From assembly GCA_963748625.1 (NCBI GenBank), contig CAVVJT010000004.1, positions 384,001 through 448,000 of the forward strand: a stretch of 64,000 nucleotides of DNA, given 5' to 3'. Shown piece by piece: positions 9,957 to 18,970 of the stretch. Each line of letters starts with the position of its first letter. Within the stretch, counting starts at the first letter, position 1. The notes under the pieces were generated by a model, which did no database searches, was not told where the DNA came from, and saw only the letters and a program-made list of their open reading frames with translations. The stretch comes from an uncultured Chloroflexia bacterium (lineage in GTDB: Bacteria; Chloroflexota; Limnocylindria; Limnocylindrales; CSP1-4). Made by a program: the position numbers and the translations under genes.

Positions 9957-12059
9957 ATGGGCCTCCTCGCGCCGCTGGCGATCGCCGGGCTGCTCTTCGT
10001 GCCCGCCGTCATCGCCATGTACCTGCTCAAGCTCCGGCGTGACGAGGCCCTGGTCCCCTCGACCCTGCTGTGGCAGAAGCTGGTCGCGGACGTCGAGGCG
10101 AACGCCCCGTGGCAGAAGCTCCGCCGCAGCCTGCTCCTGCTCCTCCAGCTGCTGCTCGTGATCATCCTCGTGCTGCTGGCGGCCCGGCCGTTCGTGGAGC
10201 GGCCCGCGGGGCTCGCAGGTGACCTCGTGCTGGTGATCGACACGTCAGCCTCCATGCAGGCGACCGATGTCGTGCCCAACCGGCTCGAGGCGGCCAAGAA
10301 GTCGGCGATCGACTCGCTCAAGGACCTCCCGGCGGGCGGCAAGGTGAGCGTCATCGCGGCCGGGCGGACGGCGCGGGTCATCGCCAACGGCACGGACAAC
10401 CTCGGCAACGTGAAGCAGGCGATCGCGGGCATCGCGCCCACCAGCGACATCGGCGACCTGGGTGACGCGCTCCGGCTCGCGTCGGCGCTGGCGGCCCGCT
10501 CCGGCGACGCGGAGATCCTCGTGGCCACCGATGCGGCGCTGGCGAACCCGCCGACGGGCGCGCTCGAGGCGCCGGTCCGCGTCCTCCAGGTGGGCCGTGA
10601 GACGAAGAACGAGGCGATCGTCGCGCTGGCGGTGCGCACCTCGCCCAGCGGACTCTCGCACTCCGCGTTCATCTCGGTGGCCAACACGGGCATGGAGATG
10701 GCCAGCCGGCGTGTCGAGCTGTACGCCGACGGCGTGCTGAGGGATTCCCGCAAGCTTGACCTCGACCCGCAGCGCAAGACCGACATCTCGATCGACGACA
10801 TCGACGACCCCGACCACCCGGCGTCCGTCATCGAGGTGCGGCTCGTGGCCAACGGCCAGCCCGAGGGCGACGGAGCGGGCGCTCCGGACGCGCTCGCCGT
10901 GGACGACCGGGCCTGGGCCGTCGTGCCGCCCGCCGGGCTGCGCACCGTGCTGCTGGTGGGTGAAGGTGATCCGTATCTCGAGACCGCGCTCTCCTACCTG
11001 CCCGACACGGAGCTCTATGGCGTCGCGCCGGATGACTACGGCCCGGGCACGAAGGTGGAGCTGTTCGACCTCGTGATCTTCGAGGGCTGGCTGCCCGACG
11101 AGCTGCCCGCCAAGCCGATCCTGGCCATCGCGCCACCCGAGTCATCGGCGCTGGGCACGGTCACAGGCACGCTCACGAACCCGGGGATCGGCACGCTCGA
11201 CGCCACCAACCCCATCCTGCGCTACGTGGACCTGACCACCACCCACATCGCCGAGGCGCAGCGCATGGAGCTGCCGGCCTGGGCGCAGCCGGTGATCCCG
11301 GGACCGGGCACCTCGCCCCTGCTGTACGCGGGCACGCTCGACGGGCGCCCGGCGGCTGTCCTCACGTTCGAGCCGCGTCGCTCGGACCTACCCCTCCAGG
11401 TCGCCTTCCCGGTCCTCCTCGCCAACCTCGCGGGCCAGCTCCTCGGCGGGTCGGAGACCCCGGCCGACGCCATCGCCCCCGGGACGCCGGTCACGCTCGC
11501 CATCCCCGACGGGGCGACGGGCGTGCGCGTGGAGCGGCCCGACGGCTCGGTGGACGAGCTGGTCGCTCCGGCCGGCGGCGCAGGCGCCGTCACCTTCGCC
11601 CGAACCGACCTGCTGGGCGTCTACACCGTGACCCCGGTGAAGGACGCTGCCGCGGCAACCCCATCGGCCTCAGCGCCCTCCGGGGCCGGCGCCAGCCCCG
11701 ACGATGCCGCCGCATCGGCCGCCCCCGCATTCCGTCCGGCCGACCCGGATGCCCCCGTGCGCTTCGCGGTGGACATGCTCGACGTGGACGAGTCCCGGAT
11801 CGCACCCGGCGATGCGGCCGCCCTGACGGCGATGGGCACGACTGCAGGACCCGGCGCCTCGGCCCAGCCCGGTAGCGCGTCGGGCGAACCCGCTGCTAGG
11901 CCCAATGCACGCGACGAGCTGTGGATCCCGGTGGTCCTCATCGCACTCCTGCTGCTCACGCTCGAGTGGCTCGTCTACGAGCGGGACACCCTCGCGCGCC
12001 TCCGCCGCTCCCTTGCCGCCCGCCTGGGCGGTCGGGGTGCCGTGGGGAAGGGCGCCTGA
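9957..12059 (+). CDS. BatA-N / VWA domain membrane protein
   Basis: N-terminal BatA-like double TM (PSTLLW...LLLLLQLL...ARP), MIDAS DTSASM, C-terminal TM ELWIPVVLIALLLLTLEW. Confidence 0.9.
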   Translation: MGLLAPLAIAGLLFVPAVIAMYLLKLRRDEALVPSTLLWQKLVADVEANAPWQKLRRSLLLLLQLLLVIILVLLAARPFVERPAGLAGDLVLVIDTSASMQATDVVPNRLEAAKKSAIDSLKDLPAGGKVSVIAAGRTARVIANGTDNLGNVKQAIAGIAPTSDIGDLGDALRLASALAARSGDAEILVATDAALANPPTGALEAPVRVLQVGRETKNEAIVALAVRTSPSGLSHSAFISVANTGMEMASRRVELYADGVLRDSRKLDLDPQRKTDISIDDIDDPDHPASVIEVRLVANGQPEGDGAGAPDALAVDDRAWAVVPPAGLRTVLLVGEGDPYLETALSYLPDTELYGVAPDDYGPGTKVELFDLVIFEGWLPDELPAKPILAIAPPESSALGTVTGTLTNPGIGTLDATNPILRYVDLTTTHIAEAQRMELPAWAQPVIPGPGTSPLLYAGTLDGRPAAVLTFEPRRSDLPLQVAFPVLLANLAGQLLGGSETPADAIAPGTPVTLAIPDGATGVRVERPDGSVDELVAPAGGAGAVTFARTDLLGVYTVTPVKDAAAATPSASAPSGAGASPDDAAASAAPAFRPADPDAPVRFAVDMLDVDESRIAPGDAAALTAMGTTAGPGASAQPGSASGEPAARPNARDELWIPVVLIALLLLTLEWLVYERDTLARLRRSLAARLGGRGAVGKGA

Positions 12060-15034
12060 TGGGCATCAACTTCGAGAGCCCCATCGCGCTGCTCCTGCTG
12101 CCGCTGCTGCTGGCCGTCGTCATCAGCCTGTACCTGACCTCCCGGCGCCGGCTGGGCCTGGGACGACGACGCGCGGCGCTCGCCGTCCGGGTGCTGCTGC
12201 TCACGGCACTCGTGGGCGCGCTCGCGGGCTTCCAGCTGGTCATGCCAGTGGACCGCCTGGCGGTGGTGTACGTGGTGGACATGAGCGACTCCGTGGGCAC
12301 GGCCGGCCGTGAGGATGCCCTGGCCTACCTGCGCCAATCCCTTGCCGCGCGCGAGGATGAGGATGTGGCGGGCATCGTCGCCTTCGGCGGGGACGCCCTC
12401 GTGGAGCGGCTGCCCGCCGAGCTCACCGAGCTCGACCGCATCGCCTCCACGCCCGTCAAGGGCGCCACGGACATCGGGGCCGCGCTGCGCCTCGCCGGCG
12501 CCCTATTCCCCGACGACGCCCAGAAGCGGATCGTGCTCCTCTCGGACGGCAACGACACGACCGGTACCGGCCAGACCGAGGCCGCCCTCGCCGCGGCGCG
12601 CGGCATCGAGGTGCAGACGCGCCTCACCGGCCTGGGCAGCGGCGACGAGGTCCTGGTCGAACGGGTCACCGCTCCCTCGACGGCGCGCCTGGGCGAGACC
12701 GTCGAGGTCACCGCGGACGTCGCCTCCACCGTCGAGCAGGCAGCCACGATCCGGCTCTACGTCAACGGCGACCTGGCGGCGACCCGCGACGTGACGCTCG
12801 CGCGCGGCCCCAACCGGGTCGCGTTCGAGTTCGAGTCCAAGGAGGCGGGCTTCCTGCGCTTCCGCGTGGCCGTGGAGGCCGCGCGCGACACCTTCAACCA
12901 GAACGACCGCGCCGACGGCAACACGATCGTCAAGGGCGAGCCGCGGATCCTGGTGGTCAAGGGCGACGAGGATGTCGCACAGCAGCTGGTCGGCGCGCTG
13001 CAGACGGAGCGCCAGCAGGTGGACCAGATCATCCCCGAGGCGCTCCCGGAGGACCTCGCGGCGCTCACCGACTACGACTCGATCGTGATGGTGGACGTGC
13101 CGCGCATCCGACTCACCGACAAGGCGCTCGGCGCGCTCCAGGTGTACGTGCGCGACCTCGGGCGGGGCCTCGTTACGATCGGTGGGCCGCGGGCGTATGG
13201 GGCCGGCGGCTACACCGACACGCCCCTCGAGGAGACGCTCCCGGTCGACATGGGCGTCCGGGATCGGCAGAAGCAGCCCGACGTCGCCCTGGTCGTCGTC
13301 ATCGACAAGTCCGGGTCCATGGACGCCTGCCACTGCAACAACTTCGGCAACGGCATTGGCGGCGGGGCGGGGATCGCCGGGGTCAAGAAGGTGGACATCG
13401 GCAAGGAGGCGATCCTGCGGGCAGCCTCGGCCATGACGGCACAGGACGAGTTGGGCGTGGTCGCCTTCGACCAGGCCGCCCACTGGGTGGTGCAGACGGC
13501 GCCCCTTGGTGGCGTCGAAGACCTGGCCGGCGCGATCGGCGGGATCAGGGCCGACGGCCAGACCAACATCTACGCCGGTCTCGACCAGGCCGTCCAGTCG
13601 CTCGAGAAGGCCACGGCCACCCGTCGTCACATCATCCTGCTCACCGACGGCTGGTCCAGCAGTGGCCAGTACGAGGACATCCTGGCCACGATGAAGGCGG
13701 CCGGGATCACGCTGTCCACGGTTGGGGCCGGCGGCGGGTCCAACCCGTTCCTGGAGCAGCTTGCCAGGGACGGGGGCGGGCGCTTCTACTCGGCCAACAA
13801 CCCGGCCGCGATCCCGGACATCTTCCTCAAGGAGACCCAGCAGGTCTCGGGCCAGCAGATCGTGGAGGAGGCCTTCACGCCGATCCTGACGTCCAGCTCG
13901 CCGATCTTGCGCGGTATCGAGGTGATGCCCCAGCTGCTGGGCTACAACGGCACCACGGCCAAGCCCGCCGCGCAGACCGTGCTGGTCACGGCGCGCGACG
14001 ATCCGCTCCTCGCCCAGTGGCAGTACGGGCTGGGACGGGCGGTCGCGTGGACCTCGGACTCCACGGGGCGCTGGGCCAAGAGCTGGATCGCCTGGGACGG
14101 CTTCTCCAAGTTCTTCAGCCAGATGGTCGCGTGGACCTTCCCAGGCGAGGAGAGCGGCGGCATCGAGGCGCAGTTCGTGGATCGCGGGTCGCGGACCTAC
14201 CTGCGGGTCGAGAGCGTGAACGCCGACGGCTCCGCGCGCGATTTCTACGCCACGTCCGTGGCCCTCGTGGGCCCTGACCTCGCCACGGAGATGGTGGACC
14301 TCTCGCAGGTTGCGCCGGGCGTCTACGAGGCGCCGCTCGCAGCCCTGGACTCGGGGGCGTACGCCCTCCGCGTCACCCAGACCAAGCCGGGCGACCCGCC
14401 GCTCGGGCGCACCCTGGGCCTCGTCGCACCGACGCCCGCGGAGTACCGCCTGCTGGGCGCGAACGAGCCGCTCCTGGCCGCCATCCGCGGCGCGACCGGC
14501 GGTGACGTGGCCGACGATCCGATCGGCGTGTGGACCCACGACCTGCGCACCACGAGCTCCTACACCGACCTGTGGCCGTGGCTGCTGGTCCTCGCGCTCC
14601 TCCTGTGGCCGCTGGACATCGCCCTGCGGCGGGTGTCGCTGGGGCGGCGCGAGCTCACCGACGGCCGGCGCTGGATCGGCGACCGGATCAGCGGACGGCG
14701 GGTCGCCACGCGGTCGGCAGCGGCCGAGGGCATGCTCGCGACCCGGGGGCGCGCCGGCGGCGCCGGTGCCCGGGCGGCCGTGGTGCGCGAGGCGTCGGAA
14801 CGGGCGACCGACGAGGCGGCGCGCCGCGACGAGGCCATGGCGACGGTGGACCGTGAGGCAACGGCGATGCCGCCGGCCGCGCCGCCCGCGCCAGCGGTTC
14901 CGGGCTGGCCTTCGGCTCCATCGACCCCTTCGGCCCCTTCGGCAGCACCGCCCGCGGTTCCGGGCCAGTCGACAACAAACGGCGAGGACACGCTCGCCCG
15001 CCTTCGTGAGGCCAAGAAGCGCTCCCGCAACTGA
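12059..15034 (+). CDS. Double-VWA domain protein with GATase1-like domain and C-terminal TM
   Basis: ATG at 12059 overlapping the previous stop. MIDAS motifs DMSDSV/LSDG and DKSGSM/LTDG, GGPRAYGAGGYTDTPLEETLPV, WQYGLGRAVAWTSD, LWPWLL TM. Confidence 0.9.
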   Translation: MGINFESPIALLLLPLLLAVVISLYLTSRRRLGLGRRRAALAVRVLLLTALVGALAGFQLVMPVDRLAVVYVVDMSDSVGTAGREDALAYLRQSLAAREDEDVAGIVAFGGDALVERLPAELTELDRIASTPVKGATDIGAALRLAGALFPDDAQKRIVLLSDGNDTTGTGQTEAALAAARGIEVQTRLTGLGSGDEVLVERVTAPSTARLGETVEVTADVASTVEQAATIRLYVNGDLAATRDVTLARGPNRVAFEFESKEAGFLRFRVAVEAARDTFNQNDRADGNTIVKGEPRILVVKGDEDVAQQLVGALQTERQQVDQIIPEALPEDLAALTDYDSIVMVDVPRIRLTDKALGALQVYVRDLGRGLVTIGGPRAYGAGGYTDTPLEETLPVDMGVRDRQKQPDVALVVVIDKSGSMDACHCNNFGNGIGGGAGIAGVKKVDIGKEAILRAASAMTAQDELGVVAFDQAAHWVVQTAPLGGVEDLAGAIGGIRADGQTNIYAGLDQAVQSLEKATATRRHIILLTDGWSSSGQYEDILATMKAAGITLSTVGAGGGSNPFLEQLARDGGGRFYSANNPAAIPDIFLKETQQVSGQQIVEEAFTPILTSSSPILRGIEVMPQLLGYNGTTAKPAAQTVLVTARDDPLLAQWQYGLGRAVAWTSDSTGRWAKSWIAWDGFSKFFSQMVAWTFPGEESGGIEAQFVDRGSRTYLRVESVNADGSARDFYATSVALVGPDLATEMVDLSQVAPGVYEAPLAALDSGAYALRVTQTKPGDPPLGRTLGLVAPTPAEYRLLGANEPLLAAIRGATGGDVADDPIGVWTHDLRTTSSYTDLWPWLLVLALLLWPLDIALRRVSLGRRELTDGRRWIGDRISGRRVATRSAAAEGMLATRGRAGGAGARAAVVREASERATDEAARRDEAMATVDREATAMPPAAPPAPAVPGWPSAPSTPSAPSAAPPAVPGQSTTNGEDTLARLREAKKRSRN

Positions 15035-15215
15035 CAACGGCACGCTCCGGAACGGGTGCAGTGGATGCGCAACCCTTTCGTGGGGTCCTAGAGCCAGTAC
15101 TCCACCGAAGTACCCCGAGCACGCACGGACCCCACCGGTACCCTCCTCCACCTCCTAGACCCACCATGACCTCCGGGCTGTCGATCCGGTGCGCGTACGC
15201 GCCGATCCTTCGGTC

Positions 15216-16052
15216 ATGGACTCCCGGACTACCCGCCGCCGCCTCGTCGCAACCCTCCTGGCCATCGCGTTCGCCGCCGAGACCGTCGGCGTCGTCGCCG
15301 CCTCGTTCCCGGGTCAGCCTGCCGTCGGACCGGTCACGGCCCAGGCCCCGACCGGCACCGTCCTCGCCGCCGACGCAACGCCCGAGTCCCTGCCCACCGC
15401 CATCGGTGCGATCGATGAGCCCGTCGTCACGCGAGTGCCGTGGGCCACGCCAGAGCCATCGGCATCGCCTGCGGCAACCCCCGCGCCGTCCGCCGTCCCG
15501 GAGCCCAAGGCCACTGCCAAGCCGAAGCCGAAGGCAACTGCGAAGCCGAAGGCAGCCCCGAAACCCAGGGTCACCCCGAAGCCCAAGGCCACCCCGAAGC
15601 CGACCGCCAGGCCCAAGCCGGCGGCGTCCCACAAGCTGACCGCGGCCGACTTCTCCGGCACCAACCACGTCTGGATCCCGGCGCTGGGCATCAGCAAGTC
15701 GGTCAAGGCGTTCCCGTGCGAACGCAGCCGTCCGCCCGACCAGTACATGTACCGCTGGGGTTGCGCTGGTGACAACAACGTCTACCTGCTCGGCCACGCC
15801 TACACCTCGATGGAACCACTCCATGACGCCTACTACAGCGGGCGCCTCAAGGTCGGCATGAAGGCCTACTACGCGGGCGCGAACGGCAAGGTGCACGTGT
15901 ACGCCGTGCGCTGGTGGAAGACCACGCTGCCCACGCCTGACGCCGAGTGGGCCTGGGCGCCGCAGGCGGTGCCGTCGATGACGCTCCAGACCTGTGTCGG
16001 CAAGAACAGCAAGTACCGCCTGATGGTCCGCCTGGTGGAAGTGGGCGGGTAG
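15216..16052 (+). CDS. Sortase-fold protein with Pro/Lys-rich linker
   Basis: N-terminal membrane anchor, (PK/AT)-rich linker, VWIPALGI strand, catalytic-type His (LLGHAY), TLQTC and Arg (YRLMVR). Confidence 0.8.
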   Translation: MDSRTTRRRLVATLLAIAFAAETVGVVAASFPGQPAVGPVTAQAPTGTVLAADATPESLPTAIGAIDEPVVTRVPWATPEPSASPAATPAPSAVPEPKATAKPKPKATAKPKAAPKPRVTPKPKATPKPTARPKPAASHKLTAADFSGTNHVWIPALGISKSVKAFPCERSRPPDQYMYRWGCAGDNNVYLLGHAYTSMEPLHDAYYSGRLKVGMKAYYAGANGKVHVYAVRWWKTTLPTPDAEWAWAPQAVPSMTLQTCVGKNSKYRLMVRLVEVGG

Positions 16053-16132
16053 CGCATCCGCGAAGGCCGAGCGAGACGCCGCGGGGACACGCCGGAGCGC
16101 CTCGAGCCGGTTCCTGCTAGCCTCCCCCGCGC

Positions 16133-16816
16133 ATGACCGAGACCCCCGTCCAGACGCCCTCAGCGCTCCGCCACGCCATCCTGCTGCACCTGCGCCGGAC
16201 GGGCCCCGGCTCTCCCGACACGATCGCCGCGGCCGTCGGCGCCTCGCGGAGCGGCGTCGCCCAGCAGTTGCGGGCGCTCGACACGGCAAGCCTGGTGTCG
16301 CGGACCACGGAACGCCACGGCGTCGGACGACCGCGTCACCTGTACGACATCACGGCGGACGCGCAGGATCTCTTCCCGTCCAACTACGGCGGCCTCGCAG
16401 CGGGGCTCCTGGCCGCAATCGTCCAAGTGGGGGGCGAAGCCCTGCTGGAAGACGTCTTCGCGGCGCGCCGCCGCCAGTCCGAGGTCCGGCTCTCGGCCGA
16501 GATCGATGCGTCCCTTCCCGCCGGTGCGCCGGTCGAGGACCGGGTTCGCGAGCTGGCGCGCATCCAGGACGACCTCGGCTACCTGACCGAGGTCCGCACC
16601 GACGATGACGGGCTGCGCCTGGTCGAGCACAACTGCGCGTTGATCGACGTGGCACGCGGCCTGCCTGCGGCGTGCGCCGCGGAGCTCGAGCTGTTCGCCA
16701 GCGTGCTGGGTGCGCCGGTCGTGCGGGAGCGCCACATCGCCGCGGGCGATCGCTGCTGCCAGTACCGGATCGAGGTCGACCGGGTGGACGTGGCCGACCC
16801 GGGAGTGGCCGGCTAG
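16133..16816 (+). CDS. ArsR/SufR-like HTH transcriptional regulator with Cys-containing C-terminal domain
   Basis: N-terminal wHTH, GVGRPRHLY, LFPSNY, HNCAL, ACAAEL, GDRCCQY. Confidence 0.85.
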   Translation: MTETPVQTPSALRHAILLHLRRTGPGSPDTIAAAVGASRSGVAQQLRALDTASLVSRTTERHGVGRPRHLYDITADAQDLFPSNYGGLAAGLLAAIVQVGGEALLEDVFAARRRQSEVRLSAEIDASLPAGAPVEDRVRELARIQDDLGYLTEVRTDDDGLRLVEHNCALIDVARGLPAACAAELELFASVLGAPVVRERHIAAGDRCCQYRIEVDRVDVADPGVAG

Positions 16817-17868
16817 CCCTCCTCGCGCTCGACCACCCCGCGGGACGCCGGCTGGAGACGCGGCAGCGGCACATCCGACACGTTCGGGACGAATGAGGCG
16901 GCAAGGGAGGTGGCCGCGATCTGCTGCTGCTCCTCGAGCGAGAGGATGCCCAGGCGCGCGAGCGTCGCGAGCTCGTCGCGGATGTACGTCTTGAGCATCT
17001 CCGGGCCGTCGGTGCTGATCGTGTAGCGGACCCCGTTGCGGCGGAACTGGTCGAGGATCCAGCGGAACTCCTCCCAGCCCGACACGACCGCCGTGTTCAG
17101 GTTGGACGTGGGGCAGATCTCCAGCACGATCCCCCGCTCACGGAGCATCGCCATCGTCCGCGGATCGTACGCGGCCTTGACGCCGTGCCCGATGCGGTCG
17201 GGCTCCAGCAGCTCGACGACCCTGCCGATCTCCTCCACGGGCCCCGACTCGCCCGTGTGGACCGTGATTCCCAGGCCGTGCTGCCGGGCGCGCCGGAAGA
17301 GCTTCCGGTAGTCAGCCACCCGGAAGGTGGCGCTCTCCGGGCCTGCGATGTCGATACCCACCACACCCCGGTCCCGCCAGGTGATCGCCTTCTCCACGAT
17401 GATCTCGTTGAGCTCGAACGGGAACGCCCGGTCCAGGCAGAAGAGCAGGCCGGGCTTCACCGGGTACTCGAGGGTCGCGCGATCCATGCCGCGCACCGCC
17501 GCCGCGATGATGTGGTCGAGATCCTGCTCACCGCCCCGGTTCCGCTTCATCGGGTTGAAGCGGAGCTCCATCGTGGTGATGTTGTTCTTGCGGTAGGCGC
17601 CGCCCACCACCTCGTAGACGGCGCGCTCGACGGCGATCGGGCTCGACTGGATGAGCTCTGTCCAGTGGAACAGCTGGAGGTACCCGTCGAAGCTCTTGGT
17701 GCGCCTGGGGTTGACCGTGATGAGGTCGCGGAACTCCCAGTAGTCGCGGGTGGGCAGCTTGATGCCCTGGGCGTGGGCGATGGACCACATGATCGACGGC
17801 GTGACGGCCGCGCCGAGGTGGCAGTGGAGCTCGGCGAGGGGGACCTTGCGGGAGAGGGTCTGGGGCAT
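16813..17868 (-). CDS. Adenosine deaminase family metallohydrolase
   Basis: AELHCHL, TVHTGE, RIGHG, EICPTSN, STDGP. Confidence 0.88.
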   Translation of the reverse strand: MPQTLSRKVPLAELHCHLGAAVTPSIMWSIAHAQGIKLPTRDYWEFRDLITVNPRRTKSFDGYLQLFHWTELIQSSPIAVERAVYEVVGGAYRKNNITTMELRFNPMKRNRGGEQDLDHIIAAAVRGMDRATLEYPVKPGLLFCLDRAFPFELNEIIVEKAITWRDRGVVGIDIAGPESATFRVADYRKLFRRARQHGLGITVHTGESGPVEEIGRVVELLEPDRIGHGVKAAYDPRTMAMLRERGIVLEICPTSNLNTAVVSGWEEFRWILDQFRRNGVRYTISTDGPEMLKTYIRDELATLARLGILSLEEQQQIAATSLAASFVPNVSDVPLPRLQPASRGVVEREEG

Positions 17869-17910
17869 GGGGCCAGTCTACGGGACTCCCGCCTCCAGTC
17901 CCGGCGCGGC

Positions 17911-18966
17911 TCAGCCGGGGACGACGCGGCCTTCGGCGTCCAGCGTGGCGCGGCGTCGCGCGTTGCGTGCCTCGGCGTCGGGCACCTGGTCCCGGGCGTG
18001 ATAGCTCGACCGCACGAGCGGCCCGGACTCCACGTGCTTGAAGCCCATCGCGAGCCCCTCTGCGCGCATCTCCGCGAACTCGTCGGGGTGGTAGTAGCGC
18101 TCGAGCGGCAGATGGTCCAGGGTGGGGCGCAGATACTGGCCGATCGTGAGGATGTCGCAGTCCACCACGCGCAAGGCCTCGAAGCACTCGGTCATCTCGG
18201 CGCGCGTCTCGCCCAGGCCGACCATGAGGCTGGACTTCGTGTGGACGTCCTTGCCGTATTCGGCTGCATAGGCCTTCGCCCGCTCGAGCACGCCCAGGGT
18301 CCGGTCCCACCGGGCCCGCTTGCGGACCGGCTGCTGGAGTCGTCGTACCGTCTCGAGGTTGTGGTTGAGGATGTCAGGCCCTGCCTCCATCACGGCCCGG
18401 AGCGGCTGCTCCTCGCCGTTGAAGTCCGGGATCAGGACCTCGATGCCCATGAGGGCGCTCCGCGAGCGGATCTCGCGGATGGTGGCCGCGAAGGCACCGG
18501 CACCGCCATCGGGGAGGTCGTCCCGGGCGACGCTGGTCACCACCACGTGGTCCAGGCGCATCTCTGCGACGGCTTCGGCCACGCGGCGGGGCTCGTCGTC
18601 GTCGAACCAGGTCGGCTTGCCGGTCTTGATGGCACAGAAGCCGCAGGCCCGGGTGCAGACGTCGCCCAGGATCATCACGGTGGCCGTGCGCTGGTCCCAG
18701 CACTCGCCCATGTTCGGGCAGACCGCCTCCGCGCAGACCGTGTTGAGGTTGAGGCCGCGCAGCATCCCACGCAGGTCGTGGTAGTTCGCCCCGGACGGCA
18801 TCTTCGACTTGATCCAGTCCGGGTGACGGCGGGCGCGCGCGGACGAGCCCGCCGCCGCAGACAGCGGCGTCCCCCCGCCCATGGTGATCGGGAGGGCCGC
18901 AGGCGATGCGCCGTGGTGGCCGGCGGGCACGCCGTCCGCGCCGACGACCGGTAGTTCGCGCGCCAT
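17911..18966 (-). CDS. lipA: Lipoyl synthase
   Basis: CAEAVCPNMGECW, CTRACGFC, HNLETV, GQYLRP, PLVRSSYHA. Start at ATG 18966. Confidence 0.96.
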   Translation of the reverse strand: MARELPVVGADGVPAGHHGASPAALPITMGGGTPLSAAAGSSARARRHPDWIKSKMPSGANYHDLRGMLRGLNLNTVCAEAVCPNMGECWDQRTATVMILGDVCTRACGFCAIKTGKPTWFDDDEPRRVAEAVAEMRLDHVVVTSVARDDLPDGGAGAFAATIREIRSRSALMGIEVLIPDFNGEEQPLRAVMEAGPDILNHNLETVRRLQQPVRKRARWDRTLGVLERAKAYAAEYGKDVHTKSSLMVGLGETRAEMTECFEALRVVDCDILTIGQYLRPTLDHLPLERYYHPDEFAEMRAEGLAMGFKHVESGPLVRSSYHARDQVPDAEARNARRRATLDAEGRVVPG

Positions 18967-18970
18967 CGGC

